64,000 bases of DNA from Flavipsychrobacter sp. (GCA_044227125.1 JBGAFS010000008.1:13694-77693), one strand, 5' to 3'; shown: positions 44,512-53,340, counted from the first letter of the stretch. Numbers and translations are program-made. The notes: generated by a model not told the origin, from the letters alone.

Positions 44512-44586
44512 GCTATAGATGATTTATGATCGATGATTTATGATTGGAGACCTGCGCATGTGTTTTATATAACACGAAGGTTAGGT

Positions 44587-44618
44587 AAAGTTCCCCGCTA
44601 CTAACTACGGGGAACTTT
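44587..44618. terminator. strong stem-loop just downstream of the capsid-like gene
   Basis: AAAGTTCCCCG-N10-CGGGGAACTTT (11-bp stem) 16 nt past the stop. The T5 tract is on the plus-strand side, with only TTT on the minus-strand side. Confidence 0.5.
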
Positions 44619-44633
44619 TTCATGGTGAGATAA

Positions 44634-45965
44634 TTAAGGGGCTTGTGTGAAGGAAACGTTAGTAGTGTCGTTCAGGTGACCGCCGAGGGTGCTGTAACCT
44701 GTGTATGTGAGCTTGGTGCCCGATACACTGAATACATAACCCGCTATGCTGTCATTGAAAAGATTCTTCAACTCTGTGATGTTAGCCACTGTGAGGTCAG
44801 GATGTACGGTAGTATCGCCCAGGTCGAGCTCATGTACATAGAGCGGGAAGGTGAGCACTGTGTCTGTATCCCATTCGTAAGTATGGCTGGCTGCTGCTGT
44901 GAGTGGCGTACCGCCTTCAGGACAAGTGTACGCTACAGGTGCGCAGGTAGTGAAGTGCATCACACCATTCACGCCTGAAAGGTTGCAAACGTTTGGCGGC
45001 ATGAAGAAGATATCCCATTCCAGTTTCCACTGAAACGTCCAGCGATAGTTGCACTTATCATAGTTGATATTAAGGTCCCAGAGCAGGCCGGTGAGCGGGT
45101 CGGCCATTACGCCTTCTATGTAGTCTGTACCGCCGCGCTGGTAGATGGCATCAATAGCATCTATGTTTTGCAGCTCAGTAGCAAAGATGCCTGCATTGCG
45201 GTTGAAGCTCACAAACTTCAGCATCTGCGGGTCGAATGCTACGATGTGTTCTGCGGTAGCATCTTCAAAAGCATCATTCACCAGGCTATCGTAATAGGCA
45301 TTGCTGCGGCCCATCTGGCTCACGTTCTGCCCTTTGTCGTTCACGCCGCCTATCTCTACTGCCTTGCGCCAGTGAAATACATCTGTGCCACCAATGATGA
45401 ACGGACTTGCAAAACCACTGTCGCGGTATATGCGCTCTACCTCCCACAATCCAGTAGGGTTGATAGTGCCCTGTTGCTTATCCATAAACGGCAGCATGCG
45501 TTTAACATTACCATCGGGCAGCAGGCCTGTGTTAGCTGCCAGCAGGTCGGCCACTTCTATGGCCAGCTTGCGGCGTACGGCAGGCAGCGCTGCATTGATA
45601 GCAGCTTTTGCATGATCGCTGAATGAATAGTTGCCATCTACATAACGCACATCATCACGATTGAGCTGGTATACAGCAGATGCTGTTTTTTTCTTTATCT
45701 CGAAGAACACCTGTTTAGGTTCTACTACTGTGCCGGGGTCGCAGATGCTTTCTGTGCCTGTACCGTTATCTGTACATACGGGTGCATAGTAGTTTATTTT
45801 CAACTGGCGTTTCTTACCTGCTTCAGACTGCAGGTCGGTCTCTGTAATACTGGTGTTGAACTGGCGCGCAGCTATCAGTGCAGAGAGCACCTCGTAAGGG
45901 CGGCCCTGCTTTGCATATTGCAATATGCTTTTCTGCGTTGCCTGCATGGCATTTTTAAAGCTCAT
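44634..45965 (-). CDS. putative major capsid protein
   Basis: 443 aa. It directly follows an acidic coiled-coil scaffold-like gene and is bracketed by hairpins. Size and composition fit HK97-fold coat proteins. Homology was not verified. Confidence 0.55.
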   Translation of the reverse strand: MSFKNAMQATQKSILQYAKQGRPYEVLSALIAARQFNTSITETDLQSEAGKKRQLKINYYAPVCTDNGTGTESICDPGTVVEPKQVFFEIKKKTASAVYQLNRDDVRYVDGNYSFSDHAKAAINAALPAVRRKLAIEVADLLAANTGLLPDGNVKRMLPFMDKQQGTINPTGLWEVERIYRDSGFASPFIIGGTDVFHWRKAVEIGGVNDKGQNVSQMGRSNAYYDSLVNDAFEDATAEHIVAFDPQMLKFVSFNRNAGIFATELQNIDAIDAIYQRGGTDYIEGVMADPLTGLLWDLNINYDKCNYRWTFQWKLEWDIFFMPPNVCNLSGVNGVMHFTTCAPVAYTCPEGGTPLTAAASHTYEWDTDTVLTFPLYVHELDLGDTTVHPDLTVANITELKNLFNDSIAGYVFSVSGTKLTYTGYSTLGGHLNDTTNVSFTQAP

Positions 45966-45976
45966 GTCTTATAGTT

Positions 45977-46007
45977 GAAAAAATTGCAGCCCCTGCCCTG
46001 CGGGGCT
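45977..46007 (-). other. terminator-like hairpin 12 nt upstream of the capsid-like start codon
   Basis: On the minus strand: AGCCCC-GCAGGGCA-GGGGCT then GCAATTTTTT, ending just before ATG 45965. Confidence 0.45.
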
Positions 46008-46094
46008 AAATATGGTTAGGGTATACAGTGCGGGCTTCTGTATGAACGTAAGCGTGTTGTTTGAATAGCCGCGCGGGCTATGATGTGAAACCTG

Positions 46095-46925
46095 TTAATG
46101 CTCTGCCCATGCAGCTATGGCTTCCATAGTATCTGCGGGTGGTGCATCGTTGGGTATATTGATAACACCGGTGGCAAACACACCCTGCTGTCCTGCCTGA
46201 ACATCTGCGGGTGATATATGCCTGGTATCATGCACAAGTATGCCGGCCTTCTCGGCCCATTGGCGGGCAAAGTCCTCATCGCTCAGCGGCGCGCTGTCTG
46301 TGCCTGTAGCGGGCTGCCCTTCTTTATAAAATTCAAGGCGTTTGGTTTGTTCATTGTAGCGTACTTCAAATACGCTCTGCATTTTGTAGCGCAGCATGTC
46401 TGCCTGTTCCTGCAGGTCGCCGCCTTTGCGGGGCAGGCGTTCTACGATAGATAAGCATCGTGCTTCTATATCGCGCTGTGCATAGCGGTTGCGCTCTTCT
46501 GCCAACTGCTGTTCGTAGGTTGTTTTCAGTTGCTCCAGTTGCTGCTCATAACCCTGTATGGTGGTTTCCAGTTGTGTTTGCTGCTGCTCACCGCTCTGGT
46601 TGAGGCGCACTTCGTGTGTGGCTTTGCATTTGGCCAGCACCTGCTCTATGCTCATTTCTTCCAGCTCGCGGCGTGGTATGTTGAAGACCCTTTGCGCGGC
46701 ACTGCGCAGGGCACCGAGGTAACGGCCGGTAAATGCACTTTCGAGCGCGGGCTTCACCTGCTCTTCTACAGCAGGGCGTAGTGAATTGATTACTGCTTCG
46801 TTGATGCTGATGATGAGGTTGTCGATATCGGCTTCGGTATCTGCTTCCTGCTCATTTTCCACAACTGCTACACCGGCCAGCAGACCGGAGAATAATTTGT
46901 TGGCTTGTTCTATGGAGAGTTTCAT
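46095..46925 (-). CDS. putative scaffolding protein
   Basis: 276 aa, acidic, Gln/Glu-rich predicted coiled coil (QQQTQLETTIQGYEQQLEQLKTTYEQQLAEERNRYAQ), immediately upstream of the capsid-like gene. Confidence 0.5.
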   Translation of the reverse strand: MKLSIEQANKLFSGLLAGVAVVENEQEADTEADIDNLIISINEAVINSLRPAVEEQVKPALESAFTGRYLGALRSAAQRVFNIPRRELEEMSIEQVLAKCKATHEVRLNQSGEQQQTQLETTIQGYEQQLEQLKTTYEQQLAEERNRYAQRDIEARCLSIVERLPRKGGDLQEQADMLRYKMQSVFEVRYNEQTKRLEFYKEGQPATGTDSAPLSDEDFARQWAEKAGILVHDTRHISPADVQAGQQGVFATGVINIPNDAPPADTMEAIAAWAEH

Positions 46926-47184
46926 GTTGGGTAGGGTTATATTCGGTTAATTCATTTTTTGCTTTTACACGAAATTTGGTTTCGTCACCAAAGTATTTGC
47001 GGTAGCTTTTCTCTGGGTAGAAAAATTCGCTGCCCTGTTTTTCTGTGCCGTCTTCGCTGAGGGCGGTGAGCAACACATAGCCTGCGGGTACTTCCAGCAC
47101 GGGTGGCGCTGCTACCTCCTGCTGTATTATCATTACGGGCTGTATCAGTTGCTCCTCTTCGGGCGGTGTTTTCTTCTTTGCCAT
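46852..47184 (-). CDS. small phage protein with a basic N-terminus; 3' end overlaps the scaffold-like gene by 74 nt
   Basis: 110 aa: MAKKKTPPEEEQLIQPVMII.... Its N-terminal motif is shared with 47187..47441. The last ~25 aa look non-coding. Confidence 0.4.
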   Translation of the reverse strand: MAKKKTPPEEEQLIQPVMIIQQEVAAPPVLEVPAGYVLLTALSEDGTEKQGSEFFYPEKSYRKYFGDETKFRVKAKNELTEYNPTQHETLHRTSQQIILRSAGRCSSCGK

Positions 47185-47186
47185 TG

Positions 47187-47441
47187 CTACTGTATTGAAT
47201 ATTCAGCGGGATATTTTTCTGCGAGCCGTTTGGCTGTTTTATGGCCTATGGCTACAGTGCGCCCTGTGGCTGCGTTGTGCAACTGAACTACGCGCCGGGT
47301 AAGTACATTATCTGCAACAGAAGAAGGACTGATATTTTTTGCTGTATTGATAACCGCTACGGGTTGTATCTGTTCGCCGTCCTTACCGGGAGAGGTATTT
47401 TTTGTTTTACCCCTGGCGGGATTTTTCTTAGAGGGTTTCAT
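47187..47441 (-). CDS. small basic phage protein
   Basis: ATG at 47441 (MKPSKKNPARGKTKNTSPGKDGEQIQPVAVI...) preferred over the TTG at 47465. 2-nt gap to the next gene. Confidence 0.4.
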   Translation of the reverse strand: MKPSKKNPARGKTKNTSPGKDGEQIQPVAVINTAKNISPSSVADNVLTRRVVQLHNAATGRTVAIGHKTAKRLAEKYPAEYSIQ

Positions 47442-47610
47442 GGTGTATCGTGTTTTCCTGTACAAATGTACAACCTATTTTATAATAACAAAAATTATTT
47501 TAAAAAACATTTTTTGTTGTTAATGATTTGGAATGTAGCGAGTAGAATTGTATAGAATTGGGAGAATGAGTACATTCATACCGTACTCTTCATATTATAC
47601 ACTACCGTAA

Positions 47611-48021
47611 ATGCCAACGCAAGAAGAAATAGTAGATTTTATTGAAGATTTTTCAGGACTTACAAACCTGCAAACAGATACTGATTTGCTACAACAGGGC
47701 ATATACGGAGATGATCTTGATGACCTGCTGGAACGATATGCCAATAAATATAAGGTAGACATGAGCGGGTACCTGTGGTATTTTCATAACAAGGGGGAAG
47801 GATGGAGCCTCGGTGATATGCTGTCTACCCCGATGAATAAACAAGTAAAACGCATACCTGTAACACCGGGCATGTTATTTGATTTTGCACAAACGGGGAA
47901 ATGGAACATCAAATATCCCGAACATCAACTATCAGAGCAGAAACCGGATGGTATTGTGAAAACATTTTTCATCCTGCTGTTTATATTGATCGTATTACTA
48001 ATTACATGTAACTCCAAATAA
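47611..48021 (+). CDS. DUF1493-like protein with a C-terminal TM anchor (opposite-strand cargo)
   Basis: 136 aa. EEIVDFIEDFSG...GDDLDDLLERYANKYKVDMSGY resembles the ACP-like DUF1493 family. C-terminal TM FFILLFILIVLLITC. Confidence 0.4.
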   Translation: MPTQEEIVDFIEDFSGLTNLQTDTDLLQQGIYGDDLDDLLERYANKYKVDMSGYLWYFHNKGEGWSLGDMLSTPMNKQVKRIPVTPGMLFDFAQTGKWNIKYPEHQLSEQKPDGIVKTFFILLFILIVLLITCNSK

Positions 48022-48079
48022 CAACAACTGCCAGGCAATCGCTCCCGGCAGTGTTTACAAACAAAAACGCAACAAAAGA

Positions 48080-48361
48080 CTAGGCCAGCACCATGTGGCT
48101 CATACGGTCTATCTGGCGCTGAATTTTTTTCAGTCCTTCAGGGGTACTTATCAGTACAGAAGTCTCGTCAGGAAATATAAACAGGAGGTTTACCTGGCCA
48201 ATTGACTCAGCGAATCGTTTTGGTGGTTTAACCAGTGCCTTATAATTTTTCTGTGGATTGTAATGCTCCTTCAGGAGTATGTTTACCTCGTGTGAAGATG
48301 AGGCCCTTTCAATTTCGGGTATATCTACGCCCGGGAATATAATTGCAATAGCAGATTGCAT
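48080..48361 (-). CDS. hypothetical 93-aa protein (cargo island)
   Basis: ATG at 48361 (MQSAIAIIFPG...). The upstream part of the track ORF is basic junk. Confidence 0.35.
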   Translation of the reverse strand: MQSAIAIIFPGVDIPEIERASSSHEVNILLKEHYNPQKNYKALVKPPKRFAESIGQVNLLFIFPDETSVLISTPEGLKKIQRQIDRMSHMVLA

Positions 48362-48597
48362 AGTGTGTTTTTTATTTGTTTTGTTTTGATCCCCGTACCG
48401 GTGTTTAAGCGGCCGGGCTTGTTTGTTTTGTTTCACCACATATCCGTGGTTGATGATGCAAAGATGCAACATGAACTGCCCCGTAACATAATTTTAGGGG
48501 CTGTTTAACAGGCACTTAAGATGCTGATAACAATTCGTTTACAAACGGGCGCAACCAATAAAACTACTGAAAGCCTTTACCAGAAAGGCTTTCATGG

Positions 48598-49404
48598 CTA
48601 ATCAATAGCGTAGGTACGGCGCATTACATAATAAGGAGGACGCCCGTTTATTATCATATAAACAGAGTCGCGGCCGGTAAGATTATTCATAAAAGGCACA
48701 TCCATATGACTTGTAAATACAATATCACAGGCTTGGTTGACACCGCTGCGTGTAGTATAGGATAGTATATCAAGGCTGAAATACGGGTTGAACTGGTCGA
48801 GCCCGTACCTGAATGATTTAATAGAATCGGGTACAGGACCATGATACAGGGTACCAGTCCTGTTGTATTGGAGGTTCAGGCTGTAATTCCTTTCTTCGGG
48901 TGTCAATGTATTCCATATAGAATTACCCATGCTGTCGTATGCATTTACGGTAAACCAAGTTATTGCTCCGTCCAGCTCATGCTCACAATAATAGAGATCG
49001 TCTCGTGCATCAATGCTGTTGATATCTATATTGTATTCTTTTCTTCCTTCTACATAACCGAATGAGGTACGCGATACCAGCTCTTCTATAGTGGCTGTGT
49101 ACCATGATGACATAGTATAATCTGAATTGGCCCAGTAATAGGCCAGCGTACGCGGTGTATAGCCATCTTTCTGAAACAGGTAATACAAAGGTATCTTAAC
49201 ACTGCCATGTGCAGGGGCAGACAGGTATGTCTTGAAACTATTATCATTCACATCCCAGAGCCTGATGTTTACCGCTTTATCAAGATTATTGGTAAAGGTA
49301 TAACTGGTATCCGGGTCTATATAATGCTTATGATGTTTCTTGCAGGAAGTGGTGAATATGGCAATGGTCATCAATAACAGGGTTGCAGTTCTTAACTGTT
49401 TCAT
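48598..49404 (-). CDS. lipoprotein, unknown function (cargo island)
   Basis: 268 aa with lipobox FTTSC; Tyr/Asn-rich beta protein. Confidence 0.5.
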   Translation of the reverse strand: MKQLRTATLLLMTIAIFTTSCKKHHKHYIDPDTSYTFTNNLDKAVNIRLWDVNDNSFKTYLSAPAHGSVKIPLYYLFQKDGYTPRTLAYYWANSDYTMSSWYTATIEELVSRTSFGYVEGRKEYNIDINSIDARDDLYYCEHELDGAITWFTVNAYDSMGNSIWNTLTPEERNYSLNLQYNRTGTLYHGPVPDSIKSFRYGLDQFNPYFSLDILSYTTRSGVNQACDIVFTSHMDVPFMNNLTGRDSVYMIINGRPPYYVMRRTYAID

Positions 49405-49515
49405 GCGCGGTGTATTTTAGCTTATAACGGAATATTACATGCTTTATTGCACAAAAAAGGAGCGCAGACGCGCTCCCTTCTTCTTAACAACCAAAACACA
49501 AAACAAACTGAACCG

Positions 49516-51210
49516 TTACATAATTTCTTTACTCACTTCCTCAGCAGTTGCCTGCATCAGCCAGTGTTCTCCTTTCCTGTTGGCCAGCTCATCCAGCAGG
49601 GTGGGCAGCCTGCGCGATAGTTGCAATGCCTCTTCTGTTATTATACCTGCCTGCTTCAGTTTCAGTTGTTCGTCTGTGCCCAGCATACTCAGCTCATCAA
49701 TAGCGGCTATGAGCCTTGCCTTCTTTTTCATGAGGCTGTCACCGCTGTATTGCTTGTCTACATAATCGAGCGCCATGCGCCTGCGTATGAAGAGCGGCAT
49801 ACCTGCCTGCGAGCCGTCTGTAAATTCTGCCAGCAGGTCGGCAGATGTTTTTATGCTGAATTGTGTGGGCTTCACTATGCGGAAGCTGTACTGTGCGGGA
49901 TATACCTGCCCGCCTGCGGCGGCTGTGTTGCGGTAGGCTATTATATCGCGCAGGGTGTCGGTTATCAGTTTGTCGAATATATGGTTGGATATATTGCTGA
50001 TGAATTTGTAGAGCCTTTCCTGGTCTATGGCTTTGGCTACACCACTCTGCGCCGCATCTACTTTTTGCAGGTGCAGTGCTTCTGCCAGCATATTCATTAT
50101 CTGCGCGCATACATCGCGGTGGTGTGCGTTGATGCTTACATCAGGGTTTATTATTTGCAGTGGTGCGCCATCTTTCAGCTTATCCTGCGGAACGATGATG
50201 TGCTGGCCGGGGTTGCGGCTCACCTGCCCGCTGCCATGGCAACTGTTGCAGGCTACCAGCTCTACCCCACCGGGACATGCTGCACAATCCTGCTGCACCT
50301 GTCCTATGCCTTTGCACTCTGCACAGTCTGTGCTGGCTTCTACTATAAAAGGGTGCGATGCTTCTTTATCTACCAGTTGCGCGGCAGAGTAGGCGCTGAT
50401 AAGATCATCTGCCGCAGCTTTTGCTTTGCTGAAGAAGCTGTCGTAATAGCCCTGTGTATTCCAGTCGCCGCCTGCAATGCTTAGCGGCAGCCTGCCCAGC
50501 ATGTGTGCATAGTAGCCGCGTGCATCGGCAGCAGGTATGTAATATTGTTTCTTGTCTGCATTGTAGGTAAAGCGCCATATCACCTGTTTATCTATCCACC
50601 ATGCGTAGCCTTTATGCAGGAAGATGATATCATCTGCTGTATGCCAGTGTATGTCTTTACTGTTGATGAAAATGGTATCTACCTGTAGCCTGCCCTGCGG
50701 CTGTGCATAATAAGGGTATGATGGTATGCGCAGAAAAACACCGTTGGGGTCTTCTACCATATGGCGAAAACCATTGCCGGAGAAATAGCCAATTATATCT
50801 GTGCCCGAAAAATTATTGCCCCATATATAGGCAGCATCCTGTTCATCAGGTATGTCTATATCATAGTTGGCATCCTGGAAGATGGCGCCCGTAACTATCT
50901 CGCTCACCTGTGCAAAGGGCGCTTTGGTAAGCGGGCGGTACTGGCTGAAGCGCCAGTTGCGTGTAGCATCACTCTCGCGCGGGTGCCTGCTCAGTAGGTG
51001 CTTATCAAACAGGCGCTGGTACTCGGGCCCGTGATAACCGGGCGGGTAGATGATACCACCGCCTGCCAAATCGCGGAAGGCAGGACATGCACCGGTGGTG
51101 TGCAGGCTCATACCATAATATACATCGCGGCAGCGTTGCAACTGCTGTGCTGCGGCGGCGGGTATCTTTATGGTTTTGTTGAGTATGGCTAATGCTTCAG
51201 GAAGCCTCAT
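49516..51210 (-). CDS. portal-like large phage protein carrying three DnaJ-type CxxCxGxG zinc-finger motifs
   Basis: 564 aa. It is the largest gene upstream of the scaffold/capsid pair, so the portal call rests on position and size only. CAECKGIG, CAACPGG and CNSCHGSG lie at aa 296-328. Confidence 0.35.
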   Translation of the reverse strand: MRLPEALAILNKTIKIPAAAAQQLQRCRDVYYGMSLHTTGACPAFRDLAGGGIIYPPGYHGPEYQRLFDKHLLSRHPRESDATRNWRFSQYRPLTKAPFAQVSEIVTGAIFQDANYDIDIPDEQDAAYIWGNNFSGTDIIGYFSGNGFRHMVEDPNGVFLRIPSYPYYAQPQGRLQVDTIFINSKDIHWHTADDIIFLHKGYAWWIDKQVIWRFTYNADKKQYYIPAADARGYYAHMLGRLPLSIAGGDWNTQGYYDSFFSKAKAAADDLISAYSAAQLVDKEASHPFIVEASTDCAECKGIGQVQQDCAACPGGVELVACNSCHGSGQVSRNPGQHIIVPQDKLKDGAPLQIINPDVSINAHHRDVCAQIMNMLAEALHLQKVDAAQSGVAKAIDQERLYKFISNISNHIFDKLITDTLRDIIAYRNTAAAGGQVYPAQYSFRIVKPTQFSIKTSADLLAEFTDGSQAGMPLFIRRRMALDYVDKQYSGDSLMKKKARLIAAIDELSMLGTDEQLKLKQAGIITEEALQLSRRLPTLLDELANRKGEHWLMQATAEEVSKEIM

Positions 51211-51347
51211 GGTGTAGAGATTTATATAGGGTATTAGTGGATGGATGAATAATAAACAGCCTGCAAATACAATACTGCTCCGCTTATGTTTTTATGGTGA
51301 ATGTGCCTACGCACTGCGGGCGGCATTGCATTTGCAGTGGCTGGTTA

Positions 51348-52001
51348 TCAGATAATGCCGTTGCAGTCGCTGAGGTAGAAGATATCGTTAGCGGCTGTCA
51401 GTTCGGGCAGGTTGAAGTCGAGCGGGTCTCCTTTAAACTCCAGTTGTCCTTTCTTAATCTCGAGGACGTAAGAGTTGCCGCCGTTGCCCTGGCGTTCGTA
51501 GCTGAGGAATACATCGAGGCTGGCAGCCATTGGCTTGCCTGCTTCGTCTTTAGGTACTACCACAGAGCCATCGCAGAAAACGAACATGTAGCGCATCATA
51601 GCGCGTTTTGTTTTCTTATCTTTCCAGAAGTCGTAATCGAAGAAAGGATTAGCGGGCACTGCCGTAGGTGTAGTGATGGCAGGCACTTCTATTGCTATAC
51701 GGTCCTGGAAGGTGATGACGCGACTGGTGGCCACGCGCTCAGGCGGGCGGCAGTCTGCTATCTGCAGTTCTTCAAAGGTAGGGTCCTGCACTTCTATATT
51801 AGCCAGCGGGCTGCTGAAGGTAAGTGTGTTAGCAGCTACCAGTGCCTCGAGGGCAGTACAGGTAAAAGGAGCGGGCAGGTCTACACTGCAGGGAAAGAAC
51901 CCTATACGGTCTATATTTCTTTTGCGCACTTTCAGGTCACAGCCACCGGGTTTATTGGTGGTAATGGTGATATTGGCGCAGTCTGCCGGACAAAATGCCA
52001 T
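51348..52001 (-). CDS. Cys-rich phage structural protein, unknown role
   Basis: 217 aa, 8 Cys by my count, beta-rich. Flanked by unusually long intergenic regions. Confidence 0.4.
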   Translation of the reverse strand: MAFCPADCANITITTNKPGGCDLKVRKRNIDRIGFFPCSVDLPAPFTCTALEALVAANTLTFSSPLANIEVQDPTFEELQIADCRPPERVATSRVITFQDRIAIEVPAITTPTAVPANPFFDYDFWKDKKTKRAMMRYMFVFCDGSVVVPKDEAGKPMAASLDVFLSYERQGNGGNSYVLEIKKGQLEFKGDPLDFNLPELTAANDIFYLSDCNGII

Positions 52002-52410
52002 TGTATGAACAGATTAATGAGCCCCTTACCCAACAGGGGTGTTAAGGAATGATGATACAGCAGGGTTTACTGTACTTGATTTCTGTATCGGTAATACTCC
52101 GGGAAGTGTGCCGTATGTTGTAATAGTTACGGCCAACTATGCAGGCAGGAATTAATTAGTACAAAAGTACAATAATTTATTAATTCATAAAAAATAATAT
52201 CGGTGTAACTGTACAAAACAAACAGGCTTCTAATCCCCCCATTTTAACATTCCCCTCACACTCCCCACCCAAAAAGATATTTAACTTTATTACCATGCTA
52301 TACCTCGAGATCATACTGGCGCTAATCATCGTTATTCCGGGGATACTAATCATATTTGCGGGTGGCATTGAAGATGGTATCGACTCTTTTTTTCATTAAG
52401 TACATCCCCG

Positions 52411-53253
52411 TTAAAAAATAAAAGGTTCAATTTTCAGGTTCACAGCGGCACCGCAATAGTCCTGCACCATAAGGCTGTAGTGGTAATGCTCATCCGTTAC
52501 ATGCGTCTCAACCTTTACCGGGAAGGTGACACTGGTAGCGGTAGATGATACCGATGGCGTGATGGTAGCACCGGGGTCTGCCGTATAGCCGGCCATGATT
52601 GGGCCAAACTGGAAGTACTTGATAAACAATGACGATGCGGGCGGACTGGCCTGTGTGAAATTCACCGTTATATAATACTGCGTACCAACCCTGCTCATGC
52701 TGCCACCTGTAACAGTTATGGGGGTACATGGTGTAGCTATTGCCAGCACATCGTACTTAGGACAGTCTTTTATATTACCACTGCACAGATTAGGGTTCAG
52801 GCTCAGTACGCCGGCGAGGTTCTTTACCGCGAGGCTTATTTTACCTCCTGAGGGCAGCGTGCTGTATGACTGCTTGGTAATGGTGCCGTCTGTTTGTGTA
52901 AAGACCAGTTCCCAGCCACAGGCGGGCGCGGTATAGCCCGGTGGCAGTGTCCAGGTTATTTCTAAATAAAACAGGCTGCCCTGCTTTACCAGCACGGGTA
53001 CGAAGGTGACGCATGGAGGATCGGGAACAACGCTGAATGTTTGATATACCGCAGCACACTGAGTAGCATCTGCCTTTACCAGTATCACCTCCAGTTGATA
53101 GTTGCCTGTAGCAAGGCCCGTGAGTGTGAACATGGCATTACTGCGGTTCACATAACTGCTCCAGCTACCCGATGGCAATGTGCGGTAGCGTGTTTTAAAA
53201 TATTGCCCCGACAGCAGTATGGGATTAGGTATGGTGATGTTGATATTGGGCAT
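52411..53253 (-). CDS. phage protein with Ig/FN3-like beta-sandwich repeats
   Basis: 280 aa. The pattern GNYQLEVILV..., PPGYTAPACGWELVF suggests FN3-like modules. Confidence 0.4.
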   Translation of the reverse strand: MPNINITIPNPILLSGQYFKTRYRTLPSGSWSSYVNRSNAMFTLTGLATGNYQLEVILVKADATQCAAVYQTFSVVPDPPCVTFVPVLVKQGSLFYLEITWTLPPGYTAPACGWELVFTQTDGTITKQSYSTLPSGGKISLAVKNLAGVLSLNPNLCSGNIKDCPKYDVLAIATPCTPITVTGGSMSRVGTQYYITVNFTQASPPASSLFIKYFQFGPIMAGYTADPGATITPSVSSTATSVTFPVKVETHVTDEHYHYSLMVQDYCGAAVNLKIEPFIF

Positions 53254-53265
53254 GGTTTATAATTT

Positions 53266-53340
53266 GATAATGCGACGGTTAGATAATGCGACAATGCGAT
53301 AATGCGATAATGTGATAATTGGTGAATGTGATGAGCGTGT
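53266..53340. repeat. degenerate 8-nt tandem array (T/C)AATG(C/T)GA in an intergenic leader
   Basis: GATAATGCGA at 53266 and 53282, then contiguous CAATGCGA TAATGCGA TAATGTGA TAATTGGT GAATGTGA from 53292. This produces the spurious ORF 53148..53414. Confidence 0.8.
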
